From positions 1-44,984 of the forward strand of contig CAZCOP010000001.1 of the NCBI GenBank assembly GCA_964499825.1: 44,984 bases of DNA, in the 5' to 3' direction. This document shows positions 1-8,356 of this stretch, piece by piece. Positions within the stretch are counted from its first letter, which is position 1. Every line of letters starts with the position of its first letter. This DNA is from an uncultured Candidatus Bathyarchaeia archaeon (GTDB lineage Archaea > Thermoproteota > Bathyarchaeia > Bathyarchaeales > B26-1). The notes beneath the pieces were generated by a model that made no database searches, had not been told where the DNA came from, and saw only the letters and a list, made by a program, of their open reading frames with translations. The translations under genes and the position numbers were made by a program.

Positions 1-262
1 GGGAACTCCGCTGCTCCATCACCAGACAGGGTATACTCTATGTAGGGGTCGTAGGGTGTGCCGTCTTTGTCGGGAACTTGACGAAGCTCCTTAGGTACTT
101 GTTACCTGTGCTGTCTCCCTAGCGGAGGTAATCTAGGTTCCATGTTCCTCCCCAGTCGGCTACGTCTCCGTCACTTGTGTCTCCGCATATTGTTGGGTCT
201 GGTGATGCTAGGACCGTTGGGGACGCGTAGATCCTGAGTCTACGTCCAGTTCACATGGAGTT
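1..262 (-). pseudogene. Decayed gene fragment, copy 1 (runs off the left edge)
   Basis: The minus-strand frame is open from about nt 103 to nt 1 and reads QVPKELRQVPDKDGTPYDPYIEYTLSGDGAAEF, with no start codon. Protein-like text upstream (..SDGDVADWGGTWNLDYLR*) lies in another frame. nt 1-86 are similar to 1207-1290. Confidence 0.3.
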
Positions 263-424
263 TAGGGACTCAAGGGTTGATATGCAGACTAGGGATACCA
301 AAAGGCAGAAGAGAACAATTCCATCACTCAATACATATCTTCATAATTTTGGCTCCCTCTATTGGAGAGGTTTTATATAAAATTAATTGTTGCACGTTGT
401 CACGTCATCAATTGGTACAAAATG

Positions 425-434
425 TTTATAATAT
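425..434 (+). promoter_or_regulatory. Candidate TATA box for vapBC
   Basis: tttataatat lies in an AT-rich stretch about 35-45 nt upstream of the vapB ATG at 469. A second A/T box (ttttatataaaatt) sits near 372-385. Confidence 0.35.
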
Positions 435-468
435 TGTGTTACATTTTGTATGCATATTGTGATGCGGA

Positions 469-684
469 ATGTCATCTACATTTACGATAAGGGTTCCGCG
501 TGAGTTGAAGGAGCGGATGAAGAGGTTTCGGGTGGAGTGGAGCGAGGAGATTAGGAGGTTCATTGAGGGGCAGATTAAGCGTCTGGAGTTGATCGAGGTT
601 GTCGAGGATGTCTGGTTGAGGGCTGAGAGGAGGCCTGTGAGGGTTGACTCAACCGTCTTGATAAGGGAGGATAGGGGGCGCTGA
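469..684 (+). CDS. vapB: VapB-type antitoxin (ribbon-helix-helix/CopG-like)
   Basis: 71 aa. The N-terminal TIRVPRELKERMKR is RHH-like. Its stop lies 2 nt before the start of a PIN-domain gene. Confidence 0.7.
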   Translation: MSSTFTIRVPRELKERMKRFRVEWSEEIRRFIEGQIKRLELIEVVEDVWLRAERRPVRVDSTVLIREDRGR

Positions 685-686
685 GT

Positions 687-1109
687 GTGATCTTGGACTC
701 AAGTATACTTGTGAAGCTGGTTCTAGCTGAGCCTGGTTCTAGGGAAGCTAAGGAGCTGGTGGTCAGCCTCTTGAGGGATGGCTACACCTTACATACCGTT
801 GATATAGCCCTCGCTGAGAGCTTGAATGCTGTATGGAAGCATGTGGTGATCCATAAGGATTTAGAAGCTGAAGCCGTGAGGGATGTTTTGGAGGATCTGA
901 TTAGGATATACTCAAAGCTGGGTGTCCTCTCAACCCCTGAGCTTTCCGAGGAGGCTATGGAGATATCCCTGATTCACAAGATAGCGGTCTACGATTCGCT
1001 CTATATAGCGGCGGCTAGGAAGCTTGGGACCACGCTATATACGGCTGACAAGAGGCTCCATGACGAATCGAGGGGGATAGCGTCATCTAGGCTGCTCGGA
1101 TCAGAGTAA
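687..1109 (+). CDS. vapC: VapC-type PIN-domain ribonuclease toxin
   Basis: 140 aa with a GTG start. The PIN acidic residues are in the expected order: ILDSS (Asp4), ..ALAESLN.., VYDSLYIAAA, YTADKR. Confidence 0.8.
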   Translation: MILDSSILVKLVLAEPGSREAKELVVSLLRDGYTLHTVDIALAESLNAVWKHVVIHKDLEAEAVRDVLEDLIRIYSKLGVLSTPELSEEAMEISLIHKIAVYDSLYIAAARKLGTTLYTADKRLHDESRGIASSRLLGSE

Positions 1110-1387
1110 TCCCTTAACCCTCCTACTAAGTGCTGTTCTTCGCTTCGGTATGTAGATAGCGAATAGCATGGACCAGGCAATCAGTGGTAGAGGTTGCACC
1201 CATGATGGGAACTCTGGTGCTCCACCGGAGATATGGTGTACTCTATGTATGGGTCGTAGGCTGTGCCTGTATAGTTTCTTGAACAGAAGGGCCACCGGTC
1301 GTTCTTGTCGTTGTCTGTTCCAGTCGTTATTTGCAGTCTGTATGTTATCCATGCTCTATTGTTGTTTATGTCGTCTTGTATAGTCAC
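1110..1387 (-). pseudogene. Decayed gene fragment, copy 2 (frameshifted paralogue of the fragment at 1-262)
   Basis: ORF 1181..1387 reads ..GTAYDPYIEYTISP. ORF 1101..1352, one frame over, continues SGGAPEFPSW. Together these match copy 1 (DGTPYDPYIEYTLSGDGAAEF). nt 1207-1267 are about 80 percent identical to nt 1-62 by eye. Confidence 0.35.
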
Positions 1388-1627
1388 CTTAACATTTATA
1401 CCAATCTACCCAACGTTTAGTGTTTCTATCCCGCTCATCATCCGTGGGTCGTTCCCTATCAACGAAGATCGAGATCACTACCATCTAGAGTTCCATAATC
1501 ATCTATACGTATTACGTTTAGATCTCCTAAGCCTGGGTTTGCTAATTAGTCTTTATTGTACGTAGTATCGTCATGGTTAACTTATAGACGGATATGTTGA
1601 GCATTTCTAATGGAACCTCTATAAATA

Positions 1628-2014
1628 TTAATTGATAGCGTTATCCCTTTTTGGTAGTTCGCTTGCTTCTCTCAGTCTATTATGGAAGCACGTCTCCATC
1701 CCGAGGTGGCATGCATAGCCCTTCTGTTTTACGAGGAATATCAGTGAGTCCCGGTCGCAGTCTACGAGTATGTCCCTCACCTCCTGGACGTTCCCGGATG
1801 TTACACCCTTCTTCATGACCCTCCCCTTAGACCTCCTGTAGTAGTGGGCGTACCCGGTCTGTATGGTCCTCTCTAGGGCCTCCCTGTTGACGTAGGCCAA
1901 CGTTAGAACCTGACTGGTCTTGTAGTCTTGGACGACTACGGGTATGAGACCCCCTCCCTTCTCGAAGTCCAGTTCATCTATGGTTACGGTTCTCAAACTC
2001 TTAGCTCTCTTCAT
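1628..2014 (-). CDS. hisI: Phosphoribosyl-AMP cyclohydrolase (HisI only, no HisE domain)
   Basis: 128 aa. [47 protein letters not shown] matches the HisI signature. It has a 4-nt ATGA overlap with hisF. Confidence 0.9.
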   Translation of the reverse strand: MKRAKSLRTVTIDELDFEKGGGLIPVVVQDYKTSQVLTLAYVNREALERTIQTGYAHYYRRSKGRVMKKGVTSGNVQEVRDILVDCDRDSLIFLVKQKGYACHLGMETCFHNRLREASELPKRDNAIN

Positions 2015-2829
2015 AGCCTTACAGGCACCCCCCTCTCGTTCAGGAACCTCTTCACAACAGGTATGGGATACTTATTATAATGGAAGACCGAGGCTGCTAG
2101 GGCTGCATCAGCGCCTCCAACCGTGAAGGCCTCAAGGAAGTGTTCAGGCCTCCCAGCCCCACCGCTAGCTATCACAGGTATATTAACCCTCTCAACTATG
2201 CTCCGCGTCAACTCGAGGTCGTACCCGTTCTCGGTTCCATCCCTATCCATCGATGTCACGAGCAGTTCACCAGCCCCAAGCCTAGCGGCCTCCACAGCCC
2301 ACCTGAGGGCGTCTATCCCGGTAGGCTTCCTCCCGCCATACGTGTAGACCTCAAACCAGCATACCCCTCCATCCCCAAGCTCCACCATGGTCTTAGATTC
2401 ATCCCTCCAGTATCTCCTCTTTGCGTCTATAGCCACAACCACGCACTGCCGCCCGAAGGTATCCGACAGCATCTCAACAAGCCTAGGGTTCTCAACGGCA
2501 GCCGTGTTCACCGAGACCTTGTCAGCTCCGTTGCATAGGATGACCCTCGCATCCTCTACGCTCCTTATCCCACCCCCAACCGTGAACGGTATATCAAGCT
2601 CCGAGGCTACAGCCCTAACAACATCCTTCAGTATCTCCCTCTTCTCGGGGGAGGCTGTTATATCGAGGAAGACAAGCTCGTCAGCCCCATCTTCACTATA
2701 CCTCCTACCCAACTCAACAGGATCCCCGGCATCCCTAAGGTTTACGAAGTTTATGCCCTTAACAACCCTCCCGTGGTCCACATCGAGGCATGGGATTATC
2801 CTCTTGGCTAGAACCATCCAGCTATACAC
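2011..2829 (-). CDS. hisF: Imidazole glycerol phosphate synthase, cyclase subunit
   Basis: 272 aa. [24 protein letters not shown] and the C-terminal ..IASGGAG.. motifs are typical of HisF. Confidence 0.92.
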   Translation of the reverse strand: MYSWMVLAKRIIPCLDVDHGRVVKGINFVNLRDAGDPVELGRRYSEDGADELVFLDITASPEKREILKDVVRAVASELDIPFTVGGGIRSVEDARVILCNGADKVSVNTAAVENPRLVEMLSDTFGRQCVVVAIDAKRRYWRDESKTMVELGDGGVCWFEVYTYGGRKPTGIDALRWAVEAARLGAGELLVTSMDRDGTENGYDLELTRSIVERVNIPVIASGGAGRPEHFLEAFTVGGADAALAASVFHYNKYPIPVVKRFLNERGVPVRL

Positions 2830-3556
2830 CCCCCATCTTACGGATCGTCTCTATAGCATCCTTCAACGTGAACTTGCCCTCGTATAGGGCCTTCCCAACC
2901 ACGACGCCGTAGACCCCGACATCCCTCAGGAGGATCAGGTCTTCAAGGCTCCTGACACCCCCAGCAGCCATCACCTTGACGTTGAAGGCCTTACATATCC
3001 TTTCCAGGCTCTTTATATCAGGCCCTTGAAGGGTTCCATCCCTAGCTATCGACGTTATCAAGAAGTACTCAACACCCATATCCATGAATGTTGAGAGGGC
3101 CTCCTCAATCCTCACACCAACCCTTGAATGCCAACCCCGGACCATAACCTCACCGTCCAGGTGGTCTAAGGCTACGGCGACCCGGCTGGCGCCGTAATCA
3201 TCTAGAAGCCTTCCTATGGCCGTTCTATCCCTGAAGGCTAGGGAGCCCGCTATTACCCTCCATACACCCCCATCGAGTAGTTTTTTGGCTGTTTTCAAAT
3301 TCCTTATACCCCCACCGACTTGGAGGGGTACACCAACCGAGCTGGCTATCTCGCCTATCAACTGGCGGTTATCCCCCAAACCGAGTGTTGCGTCTAGATC
3401 GACTACGTGGATGATCCCCGCCCCCTCGGACTCCCACCTCTCGGCTACGGTTACGGGATCTCCCAAGTGTTCGTATGTTCTAACCTCCTCAGGCCTCCCC
3501 CTCGTGAGCCTCACAACCCTCCCACCCATCAAGTCTACCGCGGGTATAACCTCCAT
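2822..3556 (-). CDS. hisA: ProFAR isomerase (HisA)
   Basis: [20 protein letters not shown].. is the HisA N-terminus. I prefer the ATG at 3556 (preceded by gggtgg) to the TTG at 3586 used in the ORF track. Confidence 0.88.
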   Translation of the reverse strand: MEVIPAVDLMGGRVVRLTRGRPEEVRTYEHLGDPVTVAERWESEGAGIIHVVDLDATLGLGDNRQLIGEIASSVGVPLQVGGGIRNLKTAKKLLDGGVWRVIAGSLAFRDRTAIGRLLDDYGASRVAVALDHLDGEVMVRGWHSRVGVRIEEALSTFMDMGVEYFLITSIARDGTLQGPDIKSLERICKAFNVKVMAAGGVRSLEDLILLRDVGVYGVVVGKALYEGKFTLKDAIETIRKMGGV

Positions 3557-3563
3557 CCACCCT

Positions 3564-4169
3564 TCACCTCTTGAGAATCTCGGCAAAGTTCTTCAGTATC
3601 AAAGCCCCAGACTTCCCAGACTTCTCGGGGTGGAACTGGGTTCCAAATATACACCCGCTCGATATGACCGATGGAAACCTAACCCCATACTCAGTCTTCG
3701 CCGCAACCACATCCTCATCGTCCGGTTCTGCGTAGTATGAGTGGACGAAGTAGAAGTATGAACCCTCCTCTACGCCATCTAGGAGTTCGCTCCACCTACA
3801 CACCTCAAGCGTATTCCATCCCATATGGGGGGTCTTAACTCCACGGGGCAGCCTGACAACCCTCCCGCCTATCAGGTTTAGACCCCTCCCCCAACTCTCC
3901 TCACTCTCGCCGAAGAGTATCTGCATACCCAGGCAGATCCCGAGTAGTGGCCTACCCTCCCCCGACAGGTCCACCAGCACAGGCTTGAAGGGCTTGATGT
4001 TTCTAGACGCCGTGCTGAAGTTGCCGACGCCTGGTAGGACGACGCCGTCCACTCCGTTGAGCTCTCCCGGGGTTGAGGCTAAGACCACATCTAGATTTAA
4101 CCTCCTGAGTGCGCATCCTATGCTGAAGAGGTTCCCAACCCCGTAGTCTACAACCCCAACCTTCGGGAT
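3564..4169 (-). CDS. hisH: Imidazole glycerol phosphate synthase, glutaminase subunit (HisH); conserved N-terminus lacks a canonical start
   Basis: GICLGMQ (catalytic Cys) and FHPEKS are present. The conserved N-terminal strand IPKVGVVDYGVGNLFS is encoded at 4089-4169, in frame and immediately after the hisB TAG (4170-4172). The first canonical start is the GTG at 4088. Confidence 0.85.
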   Translation of the reverse strand: MPKVGVVDYGVGNLFSIGCALRRLNLDVVLASTPGELNGVDGVVLPGVGNFSTASRNIKPFKPVLVDLSGEGRPLLGICLGMQILFGESEESWGRGLNLIGGRVVRLPRGVKTPHMGWNTLEVCRWSELLDGVEEGSYFYFVHSYYAEPDDEDVVAAKTEYGVRFPSVISSGCIFGTQFHPEKSGKSGALILKNFAEILKR

Positions 4170-4745
4170 CTAGATCACCCCCTTAGCGCTTGGGATACCC
4201 CTCCTCCTCGGGTCGATCGAGACAGCCTCCCTGAGGGATAGTGCTAGAGCCTTGAATGCAGCCTCAACCTTGTGGTGGTCGTTAGCCCCATAATGGACTT
4301 GTACGTGTATATTCGCCTTAAGGGATGACGCTAGGCTCTCTAGGAAGTGGTACAGATCCTCGTAGGGTGTATCCTCGATGGCCACACCCTTCAGTTTGAG
4401 GTTTATCCTAGAGTAGGGTCTGCCGCCGAGGTCAACGGCGGCGGTCGCTAGGGAGCAGTCCATCGGGACTATGGCGTACCCGAACCTCCTTATCCCGGAT
4501 CTATCTCCTAAGGCCCTACTTATCGCCTCACCTAGACATATGGCTGCATCCTCGATAACGTGGTGCCTGAGGTCCCCTACAGCCTTAACCGTTATATCCA
4601 TCAAGCTGTGGACCGCTAGGGATCGCAGCATGTGGTCGGCGAAGGCGAAGCCCGTATCCACATCCGCCTCACCCCTACCGTCGAGGTTCACCTTAACGTA
4701 TATCTCGGTCTCCCTAGTCTTCCTCGAATATTCTGCAACCCTCAA
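4170..4745 (-). CDS. hisB: Imidazoleglycerol-phosphate dehydratase (monofunctional HisB)
   Basis: 191 aa. RKTRETEI.V.VNLDG.G...V.TG..F.DHML and the later ..H.VE..FKA.. motifs are present. The TTG start overlaps the stop of the upstream HAD gene (TTGA). Confidence 0.9.
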   Translation of the reverse strand: MRVAEYSRKTRETEIYVKVNLDGRGEADVDTGFAFADHMLRSLAVHSLMDITVKAVGDLRHHVIEDAAICLGEAISRALGDRSGIRRFGYAIVPMDCSLATAAVDLGGRPYSRINLKLKGVAIEDTPYEDLYHFLESLASSLKANIHVQVHYGANDHHKVEAAFKALALSLREAVSIDPRRRGIPSAKGVI

Positions 4746-5956
4746 AGCTGACCACCCTTCAAGGCTCTTAATACCTCTGGCAACTCGTTGATCGAAGGCA
4801 CTATAAGATCGGAGCTGAACTTAATGAAGCTTTGTAAGGTCTGGCTGCCCATCGATATGTATCTATATACACCTGCGAATAGGTATCGGGCGTCGAGCCT
4901 CCTAGCCTCCTCCACCATGAGTAGGTCGCCCATCGAGTCTCCAACGTATAGGGCTGAATCGAATGGTTCTAGGGCCTTGGCTGCCTCGAGGAGTGAGTAG
5001 GGGTTCGGCTTCTTCAGGTTCCCCACCGGTTGGCCCCTCCTCAACGCCTCACGCTCAGCCCTCATGACATCGTCATAGAAGATTAGGGCGTCTTTATTAA
5101 ACCTCTTTAGGATGTCCCCCAGTATGTAGTCGGCTGGCTTCCTTTGGCTTCCGGATGCTATGCCAAGCCTCCCCTCGCCAACTATCGACTCTAAGGCTTC
5201 TAGGGTTTCCTCCTTCACTATAACCCTCTCATTCATTATCAAGCCTGGAGAGTTGACAAACCTCGCCTCAACCCCGTGGACCTCCCTGTACAGCCTATCG
5301 CCGTAGAAGAGCTCCTCGAACACCGTTGGGATTACGCTCTCCCCAACATATCCCGGATAGGAAAAGAAAGCCTTGAGGCTTCTATAGAACTCTTGGAAGC
5401 CATCCACACCCCTGAACTCCCCGAGGAGGTTACCATCAACCGAGGCTATACCGGTCTCGTCGAGGTTCTCAGCGAAACCCTCCAACCCATCGACCAACTC
5501 CTCAACCTCCCCGCAGTTCACAACCCCACTGTTTAAGAGCTTCCTCACAGACCCCGCCACCATCTTGAACCTATCGTGGGGCTTCATCCCGGGCTTTACC
5601 ATCTTGATGCTCCTCTTTAGGGCCTCCCTAAACCCTTCAGGCATGTGGGATAGCAGGTACATGGTTATGCCGTAGGTTGTGTCCCAGTCGTCGTTGAACC
5701 CGCCGCTCCTCCTGAACGCGAAGATCACACCCTCGGGTATCATTTCCCCCGGGAGGCTACATCCCGTTAACCCGTTGATTATGTATGAAACCGCCTTTGA
5801 GATGGCTTTATCATAGGATTCCCTAACATCTATCAGGACCCCATCGCAGTCGAATATGATGGAGTCTACTCTGCGTAGATTCTCAACGCTGTCCCGCCTG
5901 ATGTAGGCAGACCCACCTCCAGTCTCAAACTTCACGTAATCCTCAATCGACCCCAC
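4742..5956 (-). CDS. HAD-superfamily phosphatase with a very large cap insertion (candidate histidinol-phosphate phosphatase)
   Basis: 404 aa. HAD motif I is IIFDCDGVLID (D36/D38), motif II is GIASGS (about residue 265), motif III is KKPNP, and motif IV is YVGDSMGD. About 220 aa lie between motifs I and II. The gene is embedded between hisC and hisB with overlaps on both sides. Confidence 0.75.
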   Translation of the reverse strand: MGSIEDYVKFETGGGSAYIRRDSVENLRRVDSIIFDCDGVLIDVRESYDKAISKAVSYIINGLTGCSLPGEMIPEGVIFAFRRSGGFNDDWDTTYGITMYLLSHMPEGFREALKRSIKMVKPGMKPHDRFKMVAGSVRKLLNSGVVNCGEVEELVDGLEGFAENLDETGIASVDGNLLGEFRGVDGFQEFYRSLKAFFSYPGYVGESVIPTVFEELFYGDRLYREVHGVEARFVNSPGLIMNERVIVKEETLEALESIVGEGRLGIASGSQRKPADYILGDILKRFNKDALIFYDDVMRAEREALRRGQPVGNLKKPNPYSLLEAAKALEPFDSALYVGDSMGDLLMVEEARRLDARYLFAGVYRYISMGSQTLQSFIKFSSDLIVPSINELPEVLRALKGGQL

Positions 5957-7088
5957 CGGTTAGAACCTCCCTGAAAGTCGTTATGAACTTGTCCATCACC
6001 GGTCTCGGCGCAACCGTAACCCTTATACAATCCTCAAGGTGGAGCACCCTCCCAAGGTTCCTGACTATTATCCCCTTCTCGAGGAGTCTCTCGTATAACA
6101 TGCGTGAATCCACCGATAGGCTTATGAGTATGAAGTTTGTCTCTGAGTCGAAGGCTCTGACCCCGTCAATCTCGTTCAGGAGCTTAATCGCCCTACTCCT
6201 CTCAACCTTCAAAGCCTTAACCGCCCTCCTCACAACCTCAACCCTATCCAGGAGCTTCAAGCCAACCCTCAGGGCTATGGAGCAGACGGCGTAGGGCATC
6301 TGGAACCTCTCATCTAGGGTTGACGCAAGCTCCTCATTCGAGACTGCGTACCCCAACCTCAAGCTGGCTATGCCGAAGGACTTGGAGAAGGTTCTGAGTA
6401 CGATGAGGTTCTCATACTCGTCGACGAGGTCGATTATTGACCGACCGGCGAAGTCTACGTAGGCCTCGTCGACCACAACTAAGCCGTTAAACCCCTCCAG
6501 CAGGCTCCGGATCGAGTCGGTATCGAACTGGTTGGCGGTTGGATTATTGGGTGAGCAGAGGAAGATTATCCTAGTCCTCGGCTTGGCGGAGTTAAGCATC
6601 CCATCCACATCTAGGGAGAAGTCCTCCCTCAGGGGTACGGCCTCGTATCGGGCTCTATGGATGCGTGTACACCGCTCGTATATGGAGAATGTTGGGGTCA
6701 CAGAGAGAGTGTGATCTCCGGGTTTGAGGAACGCCCTGGAGATGAGTTCTATCAGCTGGTCGCTCCCGGCTCCAAGAACTATCTGCCCGGTTGATACGTT
6801 CAAGTAACGGCTCAAAGCCTCAATCAGCTGGAGCTTCTCGTATCTTGGATATACCCTCGGGTCGTACTCCCCTACAACCTCCATGAGGATCGACCTTAAG
6901 AACCCTATCGGGACGAAGAAGTTCTCGTTTGAGTTCAGCTTCAGTATGCTGGCCGGATCCCTCCTTAACCTGCGGGAGAGATCCTCAACGGTCTCTCCAA
7001 CATCATACCTACTTAACCCCTCAGCCTCCCTCAGAACCTCCCTAACCCAGTCGAGCCCATCACCCTTCAAGCTGCACCCTCCCCTCAA
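5943..7088 (-). CDS. hisC: Histidinol-phosphate aminotransferase
   Basis: 381 aa. LNSNENFF.P, SPNNPT and FSKSFG.A.LRLGY (PLP lysine) are present. The start is TTG and its exact position is uncertain. Confidence 0.88.
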   Translation of the reverse strand: MRGGCSLKGDGLDWVREVLREAEGLSRYDVGETVEDLSRRLRRDPASILKLNSNENFFVPIGFLRSILMEVVGEYDPRVYPRYEKLQLIEALSRYLNVSTGQIVLGAGSDQLIELISRAFLKPGDHTLSVTPTFSIYERCTRIHRARYEAVPLREDFSLDVDGMLNSAKPRTRIIFLCSPNNPTANQFDTDSIRSLLEGFNGLVVVDEAYVDFAGRSIIDLVDEYENLIVLRTFSKSFGIASLRLGYAVSNEELASTLDERFQMPYAVCSIALRVGLKLLDRVEVVRRAVKALKVERSRAIKLLNEIDGVRAFDSETNFILISLSVDSRMLYERLLEKGIIVRNLGRVLHLEDCIRVTVAPRPVMDKFITTFREVLTGGVD

Positions 7089-8340
7089 CCGCTGATGCGT
7101 GGTTCGGCAGCCCCTCAGCTAGGGCTAGAGTCGTTATCTGATCCCTAACCTCGATGAGTCCATCCCTCGAACACTCGATTATATTGGTGATCTTAACGAA
7201 GTTCAGGACTGATAGCCCAGAGAAAACATGGCCGTAACCCCCAGTTGGGAGGATGTGGTTGGTTCCGAGGCAGTAGTCGCTGGCCGAGGCTGGGGAGTAG
7301 TCCCCGGTTAGGATGACGCCCGCTGAGGTTATCCTCCCAGCAATCTCGGCCGGGTTCTCGGTCATCACCTCTAGGTGTTCGGGTGCAAACTGGTTGACAA
7401 AGTCTACAGCTTCATCCATACCCCCACAGACAAGGATCAGCCCGTTCCTAGATAGGGCCTCAGCAACGATCTCGCCTCTAGGTATGGATGGAACAGTACG
7501 CTCAAGCTCCTCCAGAACCCTGTCGGCTAGGCCCTTAGAGGTCGTTACGAGTATGGAGATACAGCCAACACCGTGTTCGGCCTGCGAGATCATATCCAAC
7601 GCGACTATTCTCGGATCCGCTGATCCATCGGCCAGTATGAGGATCTCGCTTGGACCCGCCGGCATATCTATCGGTACATCCACGGAGACCAGCATCTTGG
7701 CAGCTGTGACATAGATGTTGCCGGGGCCGACTATCTTATCAACCGGCTCTATGGTCTCAGTTCCATAGGCGAGCGCCGCTACGGCTTGAGCTCCCCCAAC
7801 CCTGTAGATCTCTGATACACCGCATATATCCGCGGCTACTAGGGTTAGCGGCTCTATCCCTCCATCTCTCCTTGGTGGTGTGCAGATGGCTATTCTAGGT
7901 ACACCCGCAACCCTCGCCGGTACAACAGCCATCATCACCGTGCTTGGGTATGACGCCTCCCCTCCTGGGATGTAGCATCCTACGCTTCTGATGGGGGTTA
8001 CCCGTCTATAAACCATCAAGTTTTCCCCTTCTACTTTGAGGTTCAGCCTTTCAAGTGTGAGTTTCTCCAGCCTCTCCAGCCTCTCCTTGGCGAGTTTCAC
8101 CGCCGATATCTCCTCTCCACCAACCCTGCTGTAGGCTTCTTCAATCTCCCCCTCTGAAACCCTTATCTTGTTGGGTTCCAGCTCTACCCCGTCGAATCTC
8201 TTGGTAAATTCGATTAGGGCCTCATCCCCACGCCTCTTAACATCATCGATTATCTTGGAGACGTATGCCTTGAGCTTCGGATCTAGGTGCCTCTTAGATG
8301 GCCACCTCCCCTCTAGGAGCTCCTTCGGAGCTCGGTTCAT
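7060..8340 (-). CDS. hisD: Histidinol dehydrogenase
   Basis: 426 aa. GGAQAVAALAYGTETIEPVDKIVGPGNIYVTAAK, SQAEHG and APEHLE are HisD signatures. Confidence 0.92.
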   Translation of the reverse strand: MNRAPKELLEGRWPSKRHLDPKLKAYVSKIIDDVKRRGDEALIEFTKRFDGVELEPNKIRVSEGEIEEAYSRVGGEEISAVKLAKERLERLEKLTLERLNLKVEGENLMVYRRVTPIRSVGCYIPGGEASYPSTVMMAVVPARVAGVPRIAICTPPRRDGGIEPLTLVAADICGVSEIYRVGGAQAVAALAYGTETIEPVDKIVGPGNIYVTAAKMLVSVDVPIDMPAGPSEILILADGSADPRIVALDMISQAEHGVGCISILVTTSKGLADRVLEELERTVPSIPRGEIVAEALSRNGLILVCGGMDEAVDFVNQFAPEHLEVMTENPAEIAGRITSAGVILTGDYSPASASDYCLGTNHILPTGGYGHVFSGLSVLNFVKITNIIECSRDGLIEVRDQITTLALAEGLPNHASAVEGRVQLEG

Positions 8341-8356
8341 CCTCCTTATCCTGAGT

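Noticed and set aside
277-462. 61-aa ORF upstream of vapB.
   Set aside because: It lies wholly in the AT-rich promoter-like stretch, has no protein-like composition and overlaps the candidate TATA boxes.
1305-1565. 86-aa plus-strand ORF between the gene relic and hisI.
   Set aside because: Its hydrophobic, low-complexity translation comes from AT-rich, apparently decayed DNA. It has no start context or motif.
2387-3740. Long plus-strand ORFs (2387..2887, 3216..3740) and similar ones elsewhere (17677..18297 +, 20278..21039 +, 30419..30954 -, 41460..41999 -).
   Set aside because: They lie antisense to genes with unmistakable family signatures (hisF/hisA, pdxJ, the P-type ATPase, AOR2, FrhB-like). 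Their Ser/Pro/Leu/Arg-rich low-complexity translations are typical of shadow ORFs.
4170-4172. Idea that TAG is reassigned as a sense codon (for example pyrrolysine), turning HisB-HisH into a fusion.
   Set aside because: TAG ends hisA (2822-2824) and the PspA-associated gene (24446-24448) at positions that fit the expected protein lengths, so TAG is a normal stop here. Local read-through cannot be excluded but global reassignment is unsupported.
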